Source: Tubiluchus corallicola (Eukaryota; Animalia; Priapulida). From it: a DNA stretch of 64,000 nt. The DNA lies in the NCBI GenBank assembly GCA_030141605.1, contig JAQGDQ010000968.1:1-64000 (forward strand), in the 5' to 3' direction. The position numbers and the translations under genes are program-made. A model generated the notes under the pieces. That model had not been told where the DNA came from and made no database searches. It was given only the letters and a program-made list of their open reading frames with translations. Position 1 is the first letter of the stretch; each line of letters begins with the position of its first letter. Of this stretch, positions 13,501-48,645 are shown in pieces.

Positions 13501-15247
13501 TTTTGACTTGTAGGTCAAAACAATCTACTCTTTAAAAGAGGAAACAGTATTTTTTTTAAAAATGACTTACGTGAAAAAATATTACTAGACAAATGCAATT
13601 TCGTGCATGCGTGGCTTGTTCTTTGCTGTTACATGCATTTCACCATTTACTAGTTAGACGGGCACTAGCGCCTGCATTTGGGAAATGTGCTGCACAATAA
13701 ACAGGAGCTCTCCCTCTCAGTTCAGATGTGTTAGTTTGTAACATACTGCACATTTTCGACAACCCCAGCACAGAGGTAAATTTGAAATGTGAATTTTTAT
13801 CTTAAAACTTGCCTAGTTTTAGTACAGCACACTGAATATCTTACAGCAGCACTGTACTTCAATTTTCGTTTTCGCAAACACGTGGAACACATTCAAGGAA
13901 TATTTTTGCTGTTGAAAATTATGTTAGTTTGTGATGTCATCAAATTCAAGGGTTTGCCCGCTGGCAATTCAGAGTTTAATCTATTATTTAATTATCTTAA
14001 ATGCTTCTGCAGTGTTACTGCGTTAAAATGCATACTTTTTGTCGGACTTGAAAGTGAGGTAGCATATAGAAAATCATCCTGTCTTCCTTTAATCGTAAAG
14101 TCCTTACTGCCGTTTCAGTTATCGTCATGTTTACAAGTCACACTTTTAAGATTTAAAAGATGATACATTACACTCTTTGCCAAGCATTTAAATATGAAAG
14201 AATATACAAAAATAGCAATAATACTATTGCACGAATAAGTAAATACCACGAGCTCACTGATTTCCAGGAAAATGTCCAAAGGAATAGAGTATGGGATGAA
14301 AAAAGGATGTATCCGATTCTGAGAGTTTCGGTTAACAGTCGATCCACGGGGAATTTTCTTAGTTAAAAATTAGAAAATTTTATGTATAGAATGTATTTTA
14401 TGTTTATGTATTAATATACAGCACTGCATAATACTAATTTAAATGAAAAACTTCCTTTTTTTCACTTTTCCTTTTTTGAATAAAACAACTACAAAAAAAT
14501 CTGTGCAGCACTTCATACAGGAAGGAGCCTTATAGCGCTTCGGAAAGAAAGGTTTTGTTCAAAGAATTATGATAACAAATTTGTGACTTCCACAATCTAT
14601 GCTAAGACTTTTGTACTTAAGCAACTCTGGCTAAGCAACTGTTCTTTGAGTTTTGATTACAATCAAAGAATCTATGATTCTGTACTGGCAGAACAAACAC
14701 AAGCTTTATCATTACCAGACTTGTTTGACCTAAAAACAAAAGTACAGTTATCTGTACAACCCCCAGTTGCGTCAGAAGTTTGAAACGTACAAATTGAATT
14801 CCTTTTTTTTTATTTGCTGGCTTATAAATCAACTCACACAACATAAAAAATTAAAAACTAATCTGCAAACGCAGATCATCTCTGTGATGCTTAGTAGCTT
14901 GGGATTTACCACGATTACTACTCTGAATGATTATGACTCTAGTATGACATTTGAACACAAACCACACCTGCTTCGTGACGGACCATTGGATGCTCTGATT
15001 TTGCTTGAAGTATCAGCTCTAAAACTGGAACAGCATGAGGATTCTGCATCTGACCAAGACAATACGCCAACTCATGTTTTAGCAAAGCAGAAGAATCGTT
15101 AAAACATTTCGCAATGCAATCAACAGATTCGTTTGTGCCAATGTTTCGCAAAGCAAATAAAGCTCTAAATCTTTGTTTCAAAGGCTTATCTGGATCACAT
15201 AAAATATGACCAAGTTTTTCTGTTAGTATATACTCATTCTTATTCAT
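10509..15247 (-). CDS. DOHH: Deoxyhypusine hydroxylase (HEAT-repeat, eIF5A hypusination), 303 aa; exons 15247-14968, 13415-13339, 12519-12273, 10816-10509
   Basis: Four His-Glu motifs ([56 protein letters not shown]) plus SVDPTPP; all introns GT-AG; phases consistent (280+77+247+308=912 nt). Confidence 0.96.
11428..11596. repeat. Long imperfect inverted repeat (two ~73-nt arms, ~23-nt loop) in DOHH intron 3
   Basis: aaaaccacaat..ataatccctatgctgtagct..tgaaatacaagtattta pairs with taaatacttgtatttca..agctacagcgtagggattat..attgtggtttt. Confidence 0.85.
12575..13240. mobile_element. Interspersed repeat, probably a non-autonomous DNA transposon; inverted copy ~30465-31378, fragments ~40730-40900 and ~57078-57248
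   Basis: Shared blocks gtcactttgtttacatca, ggagcggcccgtactag, ccagcaaaccgagatat, ttctcaagtagttaaattattttcctactt. Confidence 0.7.
13484..14088. mobile_element. Kolobok-like non-autonomous element in DOHH intron 1
   Basis: TTAA|AGGAAAAC ... GTCTTCCT|TTAA: TTAA duplication with purine-purine termini and a short TIR. Confidence 0.5.
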
Positions 15248-17460
15248 GCTTAGACAGACGCTGTGAAATAACGCAATTTAAGAATTTTTCAATAGAACTA
15301 CAAAAATCTTAAAGACACGTTTCTCGAAGCACTACGGGAGCTCTTTAACATCGTCAGAAAGCAAACACAAATCTCATACCATGTTACTTTCTACCGCCAA
15401 CCACATTTAATTGTAATTTCGGCAGCGTTTTGCCAGCACACAGTTTTTCAGCAACAGTGTTAGTATAATTCTAGATTGAAATCACTCTCATTTGACAGCA
15501 CTTCTCAATTGCACCATCTTTTTAGCTCATTGTAGTTTTCTGATAGGCTTTATTTATTAGAAGTTATTTTTAAACCACTGTTTATTAGGTTGCACGCAAC
15601 AGTTTATAACTGACAAAAAGATTAACTGATAAAACACACTTATTATGGTGCTAGTCGCGCAATTCCATAAGTAGATTCTAAGAACGATTGAAGTGGGAGT
15701 GACAGCTTAACTTTTGAAAGCCCTGTTAACTTCTGAGTTATCCTGAGGTTTTTCAGTATGATGGACCCAAAGTTCTTATGCTGTATAAAGAACTATTGGA
15801 CCTCATTTGGAGTTTTCAGTTCTGTGTTGTATCGTTAAGTGGCAAAGTTGATAATGATCGGTGCTACTGAGCAAGTACAACATTATCCAACAAAAATGTT
15901 AACTCTTTAGTTTTCAAACCATTAAAATGTAAATAATCTGAGAACTGGTATTGGAGTATGGGATACATAATTTATGACTGAAACTTGCAAAAATCCTGGT
16001 GAAGTGAGATGTTTACACCAGTTCTGAACTGTTCTAAATCGGATATTGTTAGAAGCACTAAGGAAGACCAAATTTAAAAGCAAATAGATCGGTCAAACAC
16101 CCCCCCCCCCCCCCGCGCGCGCTCCAATACACCGAAACAGCTTTCCACGGCCTGCAAATGTATTTAATTAGTTCGTGGCAAAACCGTGCAAAAAGAAATA
16201 AGCGGTGCCTTCTTTTGTTAGTGCATTTTTGTTGAGATGCGAAACGACATGGTGCGTTACACATAAAACGTGAAATGCTGGAAATCCTGTAATGAATGTA
16301 TCTGAATTTCGAGCGTCCGTTCACTAAAGAATTTTAAGTAAATTTATGGAGCTAGGTAATTCTTAACGTGGCGGGCATGATGATGAACACCAGTTGGACG
16401 CTAGTTTAAACCTGATGGACGACGCTATTACACTTTCGCACCTCCCACTTTTTTGTTTATTTTAACTACCGTCTATTAAGTCCATTAAATTAGTGGCTAG
16501 ACGACCAACTTACGTCCTTGGCATCCATATTACGTTCATCACATGCATTCATTCATGACACGCCCCTGTGTGTGTTGAACAAAGTTTTTAAGTTGCTTGT
16601 TAAATATATTTTCTTTTACCATGATTATATGATTATTAAGTGAAATATTATAATATGCCTGTATTGTATCACTACTTTAGTTTGTTGTTTGCATAAAAAC
16701 ATGCTTACCCTAATCTATAAGTCTTGTCTGTATTTGGTATGTAATGACTGCATTTCAACTAAAATTTTGTTTTGGCAAATATTCAAATTATTATTATTAA
16801 CAGTAGCAGCTTTTGGCTAAAATTATTTGGGTTGCTGCTTCAGAAAATCTTTAGCTATTGTTTTAATTCTATGTAAAGTGAAACAAACATAATTATGTAA
16901 TTTTAATTTCATAATTTGTAAGTGTAATTTTAAACAAACAAACATACTAAAATTTATACATAAACTTGATAAAATCCTAAACAAAAAATATTGTTTGCGT
17001 ACAAATAGGTTGAATTATCGTATTTAAAGCTTGATCCATTCACGGTAAGTACGTAACAACTGACAAAAAACTGTGTGAGCGACAGTACTTTCTCTACCTG
17101 GGTTCAGGGCATGGCCACATGTGTACAACAGTCAAACACCACTATGCTGGGCTGTGAAGCAAACAATACTACCCTCACATGTTCCGGTTTTGTACAAGTA
17201 AAAAAAAGATCTAAAGAAAAAGACTTATTATATTGAATTTTATCTGTAATATCGAGCAAAAATAGGCGGTGCTGCAGTTGCACACTACCTATATACAAGC
17301 CTGTGTAACTACCTATACAAGCCTTAAAACGTGAGACTAACTGTTAGTTGGAATATTTGGTAATAAATGAACTTATTTTGAAATTTTTCAGAGTTTTTGT
17401 ATTATGCCTGGCACAATCGGATGTAAATAAACTACGAAGTTTAACTTGCTTCTTCTCACG

Positions 17461-27311
<9,851 letters not shown>

Positions 27312-27321
<10 letters not shown>

Positions 27322-27602
27322 CAAAGAAATCATCTGTTTCCCTCAACGAGGGTAGATGTAGCCAAGACACCTCGGTGGATCCAGTGCCTCATCCTCATGA
27401 CAAATACACTAGTTAGCACTCGCTTGAAATCATCTGACTGTTTCCCTCAACGAGGATGGATGTAGCCAAGACACCTCGGTGGATCCAGTGCCTCATCCTC
27501 ATGACAAATACACTAGTTAGCACTCGCTTGAAATCATCTGACTGTTTCCCTCAACGAGGATGGATGTAACCAAGACACCTCGGTGGATCCAGTGCCTCAT
27601 CT
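27312..27602 (+). repeat. 104-bp tandem triplication beginning at the MTG1 stop codon
   Basis: (G/A)CCAAGACACCTCGGTGGATCC at 27361, 27465, 27569; TCCTCATGACAAA at the unit starts. Confidence 0.9.
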
Positions 27603-29353
27603 TAGAGGAATAGTTTTGATGAGTTAGGTTTCGCTTTCGCCACAACTAAGTATTCCCTGCCATCAAGTACAGTGTGTAAAAAACGTGTTAGGCAGGGATG
27701 TGCCAATATGCAAACTTTTGTCCGATACCGATTATTGGCCAATCCGATATCAGACCTGACATGATATGGTATTAAAAGTTATGCAACAGTAACTGCTGTT
27801 TATGTTGTGATTGTGGAATGTCAGGGAATTATGACATTAGCTTGAAAATAAGATGATTTATTGACTATTTTCATAGTTATAATTGACATTTTTGTCCTTC
27901 TATAAAGTACTGTGTACTAGTTTTGTGTTTATAGCTACAGTTTTATTATTAATACCTTTAGTTTATCTTTGTTCCGCTTCGTATAATTTACTCAACTACA
28001 TATTTCACTCCCGATAGCAATTCGGTTTTTAATCGCACACAAAATCAACACGTGAAAAAATAAATAAAAATGATGATGATGATATTTCATATACAATTGC
28101 AAACGTGAAGGAAACATGCGATAGATTGATAACGACCTTCACAAGCAATGAACTTGAAAATATTTGCGTTTCACTCGATTATGTATCAGATTGGCAAATC
28201 CCTGATCTCTACCCGTGTAATTATTTAACTAACTTTCTGAAATGCCAGTTTTACGAATTTGACTTATTTTAGCTATTTTTGCAGTCGGATTTAGCTGCAT
28301 TTGACTCAGTTTTGTCAGGAATTTGACTTGGAAATGACCCGAGGACGGTGCATGTTGAACAACTGGCATAAATCAATGCAATAAATCGATAACATCTTGC
28401 AACTCAACTAACAGAAATTATCGTTACATTTTTTCTCATTTTTTGTTAGTTACGCGAATGCGAACTTAAACTTTTCGTCCAACTCGTCAACGAATTTATA
28501 TCGATTTATTAAATTAGTGTTCAATTGTTGAATAAATTGATTTGTGCAAGGTGTAATCACGATTAATTTAATGAATTGCCCATCACTACATACAGTTACA
28601 ATTACAGAATATTTATCGACACGTTCCCAAAAGCAAAACAAATTGTGAAACTCATACCCTCACAAAAAGTAAAAAAATTGTAATTTGCCCTAAATCAACT
28701 GATACAATAACAAAATTACTAAAATCCGCTCACACTAAGCACAAATGCTGACTGTACATACTTGGTAAGGTATAGAAGACGTTACAAAATTTATTTACAA
28801 TCATCTACTGTATACAATAACATGCATAAGAATTAATACAATTGCTTAACTTGTCCACACAGTGAATTCACGAACATCAGACATATATAGAAGAACTACA
28901 AAACGCAAAGCAATCTAATTTCTACTGGTTCAACGCAACTCCAAGTACATTTGCAAAAACCGTTCACAAAAAAAATAAAAAGATATATAAACAAGTCGCA
29001 TGCACGACGAAAACATTTCCTTATGCGTCAAAGTTTTGACGATATTCTCGCCATTTTGGAAATTTTGGCGTCATTTTTTGCCTAAGCGACGTGCTAAATT
29101 GGCTACAGAGAATCAAGATACCAACATTAAGGCATGTTTTATGATCAAAAATGTGTCTATGAAACCTTTACAAATGAATAAACGTGGTTACTGCGGCGAG
29201 ACTACCTTGGTCTATTTGCAAGGACGGCAGTTTTGTTAAAATAATACACACTCCCCGACTGGCATCTACAACACCCATGTGTGGAAAAACTGATAATCAG
29301 TTTTGCCTTTTCTATTTAGAACTTAAACTAAATGCGATTTAAAGCATTTAATA

Positions 29354-29700
29354 CAATGGTTCGCAAAATGGGCACATGCAGGTGGAAGGATATGAGGGAA
29401 AAGGAGGGGACTGGGCGGCATTAGGAGCAGTTAATAAATAACCTTTTATTTTGTTACAAGGTCATAAACACTAAGGTAAAGAGTTCATAAGAAACGAGGA
29501 GTTTAGAAAGAAGAAAAATGACATAAGAATTATAAATATGCATAGTTTTGTTACTAAAGCTGTTAATGTATCAAAAGTCACACGTACTTAATCTTGTCGT
29601 TTTGAGGATGTGCGTTTGCACCAAAATAAAAATAAAGTTCGCAATGAGGGATGTTAGGAAATAAAGGGGGCGCTAGCGTGGGTAAGTTTGGGAACCACCG
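29354..29700. mobile_element. Degenerate hAT-type MITE
   Basis: Ends CAATGGTTCGCAAA / TTTGGGAACCACCG resemble CAGTGGTTCCCAAA TIRs. Confidence 0.55.
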
Positions 29701-29975
29701 GTAAGGGAAGTATCAATGAAAGGTAAAGAGAAATGAAACTCACGATAAACTGTTAGCAAACGTGACTATATTGTTCAGCGTCTACTGACTTACTCCACTG
29801 ACGTCTCAGCTTCAGCTTTGCTATAATTACACAAAATCATCAGAATCTATGAAAATTACAAATCCACAAAACGTTGGACTTAACAGAATGCAGTGCAATT
29901 TTACAGAAATCTTAATACGGTAAAACATTTAGCATACGTCGCACAATTATATCTACAACGACAAGTGATGCGATG

Positions 29976-35245
<5,270 letters not shown>

Positions 35246-35388
35246 TTCTTCTTAATTCCAGCAAAAATAACAAAAACTACTACGCAAGAAGAAACGCGTT
35301 GCGCGTGGTTCAGAATACGAATTCAACAAGGAATTCAAAAATAAGTTCAATTCAACTCGTTTCGTTTTTTAACTTATTGGAAACCATG

Positions 35389-35510
<122 letters not shown>

Positions 35511-35535
35511 TTCAATTGCTTCAAAGTGGCATTAA

Positions 35536-36645
35536 ATGACAAGAAAATAGTCAAGATACTAGTAGACATATTAAATCATTCAGTCCGATAAATATATATT
35601 AATTCTAACAATTTATTTATTTGGAAATACAGATTTATAGTGTAATATGAAAACGAAATATGCTTATGGGATATATAATATCATATAATAATAACGTATA
35701 ATATTATATAATGTATGAAACGTATAATAATGATCATGATATTATGACAGGTTGCATATATCATAGATGGAGAAGAATCAGAAGTAAAAACTTTATACCT
35801 ATACCAATGGCAAATTCTTAGGCCAATTTAGTTTCCACTCAAGTTGTTTTTCAAAATGTCTTTGATTGGGTGGAAGTCAGAAGAATTTCTGTGCCATTCA
35901 GTTTGAAGGAAAAAATCAACCTTGGGGTTTTCGCTATGCTACTTTAATCATATTTCTCTCTTGCTTAAAAAGCACAAGAAAACCTACATAAAGCTTAAAA
36001 CATAGGCTTGGAAATTTTATATCCTTTACATGTTGTCTTTTGCATACAGGACGTGGGTCGACTGCAAACCTGTATAAAATTTGTAAATTTAAACTCCTGT
36101 GATGACCGCTAGATGCTGCCATTTTGACGATAAGTCATTTGAAACAATATCAAATAACACTGAGTAAAGTTTGAAAAAATAATCAGAGCATTTGTACTGC
36201 ACATGTCACCAACTAACTAAAATAAATTTTAAATTACTGCAACTTGTCAATAAGATTAAAAATACGTTTTTTGGTTCGTGAGTCGTGCATCCTGGAGGTG
36301 AGTCAGTGACATTTTACCAATCGGTGAAAACATTTTAAATAGCTAATACCTTTCGTTTCTAGTTACATAAGTCTTTCAAGCATGTAAGCAAAATGCTAAG
36401 TAACTTTGCATGAAAAGCTTTTTGGGACATAACTTAACATTTCCTTTTCTTTTCCAGATTTACGTTGTGCATATATGACGTCATGTAATGGCTCTGTCAG
36501 AACAGTATTGCGGGAAACTTAAAATGAAAACAAACAAAAGATCCTTTCAAGGTGATTATGATATATGCATAAAATTACTACAAAGTAATATAATTTTTAA
36601 GGTGATTTTTCTGAAGCCTACTTCAGGTCTCCCCTTTCTTGTCCT
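35536..36645. mobile_element. Possible full-length Kolobok-like non-autonomous element between mago and ADSS
   Basis: TTAA|ATGACAAGAAA ... TTTCTTGTCCT|TTAA (10/11 TIR match); right end belongs to the family seen at 19670-19909. Confidence 0.4.
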
Positions 36646-36956
36646 TTAAATGCCATGCGAGCTGTGCTAAGCTTTCTCACAAAATATTAGAACAATATTT
36701 TTTTATTAATTTTTGCGATTAATTGTTTAGTCTGCTTTGATGACACGAATAATTGTTCCGTTCTGTTGTGTACCATACTCCAAAGAAAGCAGTGGCATTA
36801 CACCCTATAGTTGCACAACAGAGTGCATTGTGCAATTATGTAATTAATCTGCCAGCACAACCCAGAAAAGTTTGTCGATCTTAGCCTGTCTCAATAGTGG
36901 CAAGATGTCTTACAGCACGGTCCACGATCATTGAGTGCCGCTGTTTTTTTAATGCA

Positions 36957-38600
<1,644 letters not shown>

Positions 38601-38714
38601 ATCAATGGCTGGTTTTACAGTCATGTGTTTCCTTCAGTACGAGTAGATGGGCGCCAGTTACTTTAGTTTTACTGTACTTGAGCCCATCTATCCGGTACGC
38701 GCTTTGTCAAGGAT

Positions 38715-40250
<1,536 letters not shown>

Positions 40251-41456
40251 TTATGGTAATTATATTGTTAGGCTATAATAGTTACGCATTTGAGCAACAC
40301 GTTCACACCGGCACCTAGGTAATGTAAAATATTCAACCTATATTTGTAATTTATCGTGTTTTACTGAAAGCGCACAGAGTTATAATCAATTCAATGTTGC
40401 AAAGCGCTAAAAACGTGTAGCATGTTTTGACAAACTGTTTGAGAAAACAAACAGGCTCTTGGCAGAAGGAATAATAATCATAATAGCACAAGCAAGTTTG
40501 TTGGAAATTTGACAAGCAAACATTGAGTTCTTTTCTTGTTGTATCGGTAAGGAAGTGTTAGTCAGGGATGAGAATGACAAATTGCAAAAACAGGCCGGGG
40601 GTTTTGGGGCCGCGTAGGTCATAGAGAATGTCTAAGTGGACTTAAAATTTAAAATATCAGTTACCTTGTTTCGTGTATAATTTAAAATACTCAACTATCA
40701 AGGATACATGATAACTAATTGTCTCAAAAACGCCTAAGTACTGGCCGCTCCTATGCAAAAGTATATAAAAACTGTCTGCAATTGACTCAAATAACTCCGC
40801 ATAATTGATTCTATATTTTTATACATAGAGATATACACGTGGTTACACTGATGTACGTGATGTAAACAAAGTGACGGCCTGCCAACTAGCAGTCAGCTTG
40901 TGAAATAATGTACTGGGTCGGTAAAAATTTTCTCAACGAATTTACGCGATTTACAAAAATGGCACTACTGGTCTTCCAAAAACTCGGAATTCCGCTTATC
41001 AGCGGAAAATTCTCATCCCTGGTGTTAGCAACGCTTCAAAGATTTGTTTTAAACAGTTTACTGCAAGATTGTGTTGACATGAAGGTAGAAAAGCTTGCAC
41101 TACACGTGAAGTTTCACTTTTACACTGTCTGAAACACCACAAATGTAGTCTCATCTACGCACTGCTTAGGATTAGTTAAAAATCGCACTGACCGCCACTG
41201 CGCCTCGATAAAGCGTTTTTCCTGCGATGCAAATATTTATTAATACCAAAACTGTTGTGTATACCTTCATTATGGGTGTAGGACTATTGAACGACTTACA
41301 TCTCACAGAAAAGAGCCCATGTACCTCTAATATTTTTTCACGACTTCCATTATGTAATAGCAAGTGACTGCTAACTGTCTCACAGGTGACCGCAGGCATG
41401 TACAGAAGATAAAGTGTTTATTAGTTGCCAGAAACTTCGGACTTGTCAAAATTGTA

Positions 41457-41738
41457 CATTCAACCTCGTATATAAGGGACACCTCCGGAATCGGAAAAAA
41501 TCGTCCCTTATAGCCGAAGTGGAGTCAGACCGAGGGTGTATTTAGACTTGTACGTTTCTGTAAAACTGCAAAAGTTTACGAAAAACTGAGGTTAAAAATC
41601 GATCAATTTCGCTTTGATCATAGGGTCCCTTATATACGAGGTAATTTACCTGGGTTTCTATTACGCGGGACCTGAAGATATCGTCCCTTAAAAGCGAATG
41701 CCCCTTATAAGCGAGTACCTTATACCCGAGGTTGACTG
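41457..41738. mobile_element. Tc1/pogo-type MITE (mirror copy 56240-56521)
   Basis: TA|CATTCAACCTCGTATATAAGG ... CCTTATACCCGAGGTTGACTG|TA. Confidence 0.75.
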
Positions 41739-42992
41739 TAGTTCATTACAGTTTGCGCAGACAGCAAACTTGGAAAAACTTCATCAAAATTTCCAACTGA
41801 AATTACCCAAAAAATTTCTTTTTGTGCCTGGAAAATTTGTGCTTTTAGACATGAATAAAGACGTCAGCTTTGCAGACGACAGCACTGGCTTCATTCTGGA
41901 TCATCGATGCGATACCAACGGAAACGATTAAGATACGGTTACCATGACAACCAGATGCAAAGAGCAATCATAAGGAAATTGGTACATTTTCAGAACAGCA
42001 AAATGGAAAATTCTACTATGAATGGTTATTTATAAACATGAAAATTTAGCAAAAAAGGATTTGGGGAAAATGTCCGTCTTTTACATGTCTTCTTGCCAGC
42101 AAGCTTCATACAGGCGGCTAAGTAAGCTTCACCGTAAGCTTGTTCAGGAACTTTGAACACATGACCGACTGTGATTACTAATAAATTAAGACCTATCAGA
42201 AATACTACTAATATTAAAAATCGAGGACCTTAAAAGGAAAACCGGACGATTGTGTAGATATTAGTTCAAAGTAAAGTATGCTCTAAAATATTGAAAACTA
42301 CGAGAGGTTTTTTATGTCAAAATTTAGAATAAAGAATAATTACCTCGTATAGTTAGACTTTTTGTTAAACTTTCAAAGATGCGGCGAATCCACAAAGTCT
42401 GGCAATGATGCTTTGTGACATTCGCATAGCTGACAAATAGGTGCAGTACCATGATAAGCATGATCATGAATGGCAGTGTCACGTAGAGCTCATTTTCGTG
42501 ACATCGCATCAGCGTCTTATAGCAACCTTCACTTACGCAAACATGCTTGAAGCACAGGGAAGATGCCTACCATTGCAGAAACTGTAGTTAGTTTGTGACA
42601 TAAACAATAGCTGTGTTCGGTTGCCGCTAATTAACTTTCAATGGTAATTATTCAAATATTAGAAACAATTGCTAACTTTTATAAGCAAGAAAATGTATAT
42701 TTTGAACAGAAAGTTCGAATTAGAATGAGTCTAATCAATCGTCCGATTTTGCTTTACGCTATCTTTGGGATCACAGGCTCCTAAAGTGCTTCCTGTGCTC
42801 AGTGATCAGCTATGATTCATGCATTTTATATCAGTTAGTGCTCTTACATTGACTGCTTTCAGTCCCACTTCAGCTAAAACACAATAAATTACAAATATAC
42901 AAGTTCCGAATATTACTACACTACCTAGGTGCCATGGTGTGAACGTGTTACTCAAATGCATAACTATTATAGCCTAACAATATAATTTACCC

Positions 42993-44573
<1,581 letters not shown>

Positions 44574-44687
44574 ATCCTTGACAAAGCGCGTACCGGATAG
44601 ATGGGCTCAAGTACAGTAAAACTAAAGTAACTGGCGCCCATCTACTCGTACTGAAGGAAACACATGACTGTAAAACCAGCCATTGAT

Positions 44688-46378
<1,691 letters not shown>

Positions 46379-46418
46379 AAGATTAAAGATTAAAAAAACA
46401 GCGTCACTCAATGATCAT

Positions 46419-46778
46419 TAGGGGTGAGCATTATTACCAGAAAGCGAATTCGAATCGAACCGAATTTGTGACTGTCGAATTTGAATCGAACCGAACTTCA
46501 GTGTTTCGAATTCGAACCGAATTCGAATTGAGATTGAAAGATTTTCGAACAAGTTTTCGAACCACCAGCAAAAATTAATCTTTCAAAGATCATGCATATC
46601 ACTAGATTTTGTTCTGCAATAAAACGACTAGTAATTTGTTTAAAATTGTGCGCAGAAATCACAGCTAAATTATGCTAACTGCATGATGTTTCAATCGTTT
46701 TAGTGATAAAGAACATGTGTGATTGAAGTGCACAAGTGATTGATGTGATCGAACTCGAACGTTCAATGCTCACCCCTA
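46419..46778. mobile_element. hAT-type MITE, 360 bp (mirror of 51200-51559)
   Basis: TIR TAGGGGTGAGCATT; 8-bp TSD. Confidence 0.85.
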
Positions 46779-48108
46779 ATGATCGTGGACCGTGCTGTAA
46801 GACATCTTGTCGCTATTGAGGCAGGCTAAGATCGACAAACTTTTCTGGGTTGTGCTGGCAGATTAATTACATAATTGCATAATGCACTCTGTTGTGCAAC
46901 TATAGGGTGTAATGCCACTGTTTTCTTTGGAGTATGGTACACAACAGAACAGAACAATTATTCGTGTCATCAAAGCAGACTAAACAATTAATCGCAAAAA
47001 TTCATAAAAAAATATTGTTCTAATATTTTGTGAGAAAGCTTAGCACAGCTCGCATGGCATTTAAAGGACAAGAAAGGGGAGACCTGAAGTAGGCTTCAGA
47101 AAAATCGCCTTAAAAATTATATTACTTGTAGCAATTTTATGCATGTTTCATAATCACTTTGAAAGGATCTTTTGTTTGTTTTCATTTTAAGTTTCCCGCA
47201 ATACTGTTCTGACAGAGCCATTACATGACGTCATATATGCACAACGTAAATCTGGAAAAGAAAAGGAAATGTTAAGTTATGTCCCAAAAAACTTTTCATG
47301 CAAAGTTACTTAGCATTTTGCTTACATGCTTGAAAGACTTATGTAACTAGAAACGAAAAGTATTAGCTATTTAAAATGTTTTCACCAATTGGTAAAATGT
47401 CATTGACTCACCTCCAGGGTGCACCACTCACGGACCAAAAAACGTATTTTTAATCTTATTGACAACTTGCAGTAATTTAAAATTTATTTTAGTTAATTGG
47501 TGACATGTGCAGTACAAAAGCTCTGATTATTTTTTCAGACTTTACTCAGTGTTATTTGATCTTGTTTCAATTGACTTATCGTCAAAATGGCTGCATCTAG
47601 CAGTCATCACAGGAGCTTAAATTAACAAGTTTTATACAGGATTGCTGTCGACCCAAGTCCTGTATGCAAAAAGACAACATGTAAAGGATGTAAAATTTCC
47701 AAGTCTATGTTTCAAGCTTGATGTAGGTTTTCTTGTGCTTTTTAAACAAGAGAGAAATATGATTAAAGTATCATCTCGAAAACCCCAAGGTTGATTTTTT
47801 TTCTTCAAACTGAATGGCACAGAAATTCTTCTGACTTCCACCCAATCAAAGACATTTTGAAAAACAACTTTAGTGGAAACTAAATTGGCCTAAGAATTTG
47901 CCATTGGTATAGGTATAAAGTTTTTATTTCTGATTCTTCTCCATCTATGATATATGCAACCTGTCATAATATCATGATCACTATTATACGTTTCATACAT
48001 TATATAATATTATACGTTATTATTATATGATATTATATATCCCATAAACATATTTCGTTTTCATATTATACTATAAATCTGTATTTCCAAATAAATAAAT
48101 CGTTAGCA

Positions 48109-48146
<38 letters not shown>

Positions 48147-48394
48147 AGACAGAATAATTTAATATGTCTACTAGTATCTTGACTATTTTCTTGTCATTTA
48201 ACGCCATTTTGAAGCAATGGAAAAGTGTGCGTGTGTGTGTGTGTGTGTATCATGGTTTCCAGGAAGTTAATAAACGAAACGAGTTGAACTGAATTTGTTT
48301 TTGAATTCCTTGTTGAATTCGTATTCTAAACCACGCGCAACGCGTTTCTTCTTGCATAGTAGATTTTTGTTGTTTTTGCTGGAATTAAGAAGAA

Positions 48395-48491
48395 ATGTCT
48401 GCAGCAAATACTGACTTTTATCTTCGTTATTATGTCGGACATAAAGGAAAGTTTGGGCACGAGTTTTTGGAGTTTGAATTTAGGCCAGATG
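48395..48491 (+). pseudogene. MAGOH: Orphan duplicate of mago nashi exon 1 (left arm), reading towards the gap
   Basis: ATGTCTGCAGCAAATACTGAC..AGGCCAGATG|GTAGG, matching 35245-35149. Confidence 0.85.
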
Positions 48492-48645
48492 GTAGGTTTT
48501 TGACAGTCTATACTATAGTTTCCTTCTGAATCAACTAATGAAATATTAATTATTATTATTATTAATTATGTTGAACTACTGTTTTCTCAAGTAATACTAA
48601 TAGCCTAAGCGTAGCGAGGCAGCACTTTACTCAGTGTCTGAGTTA

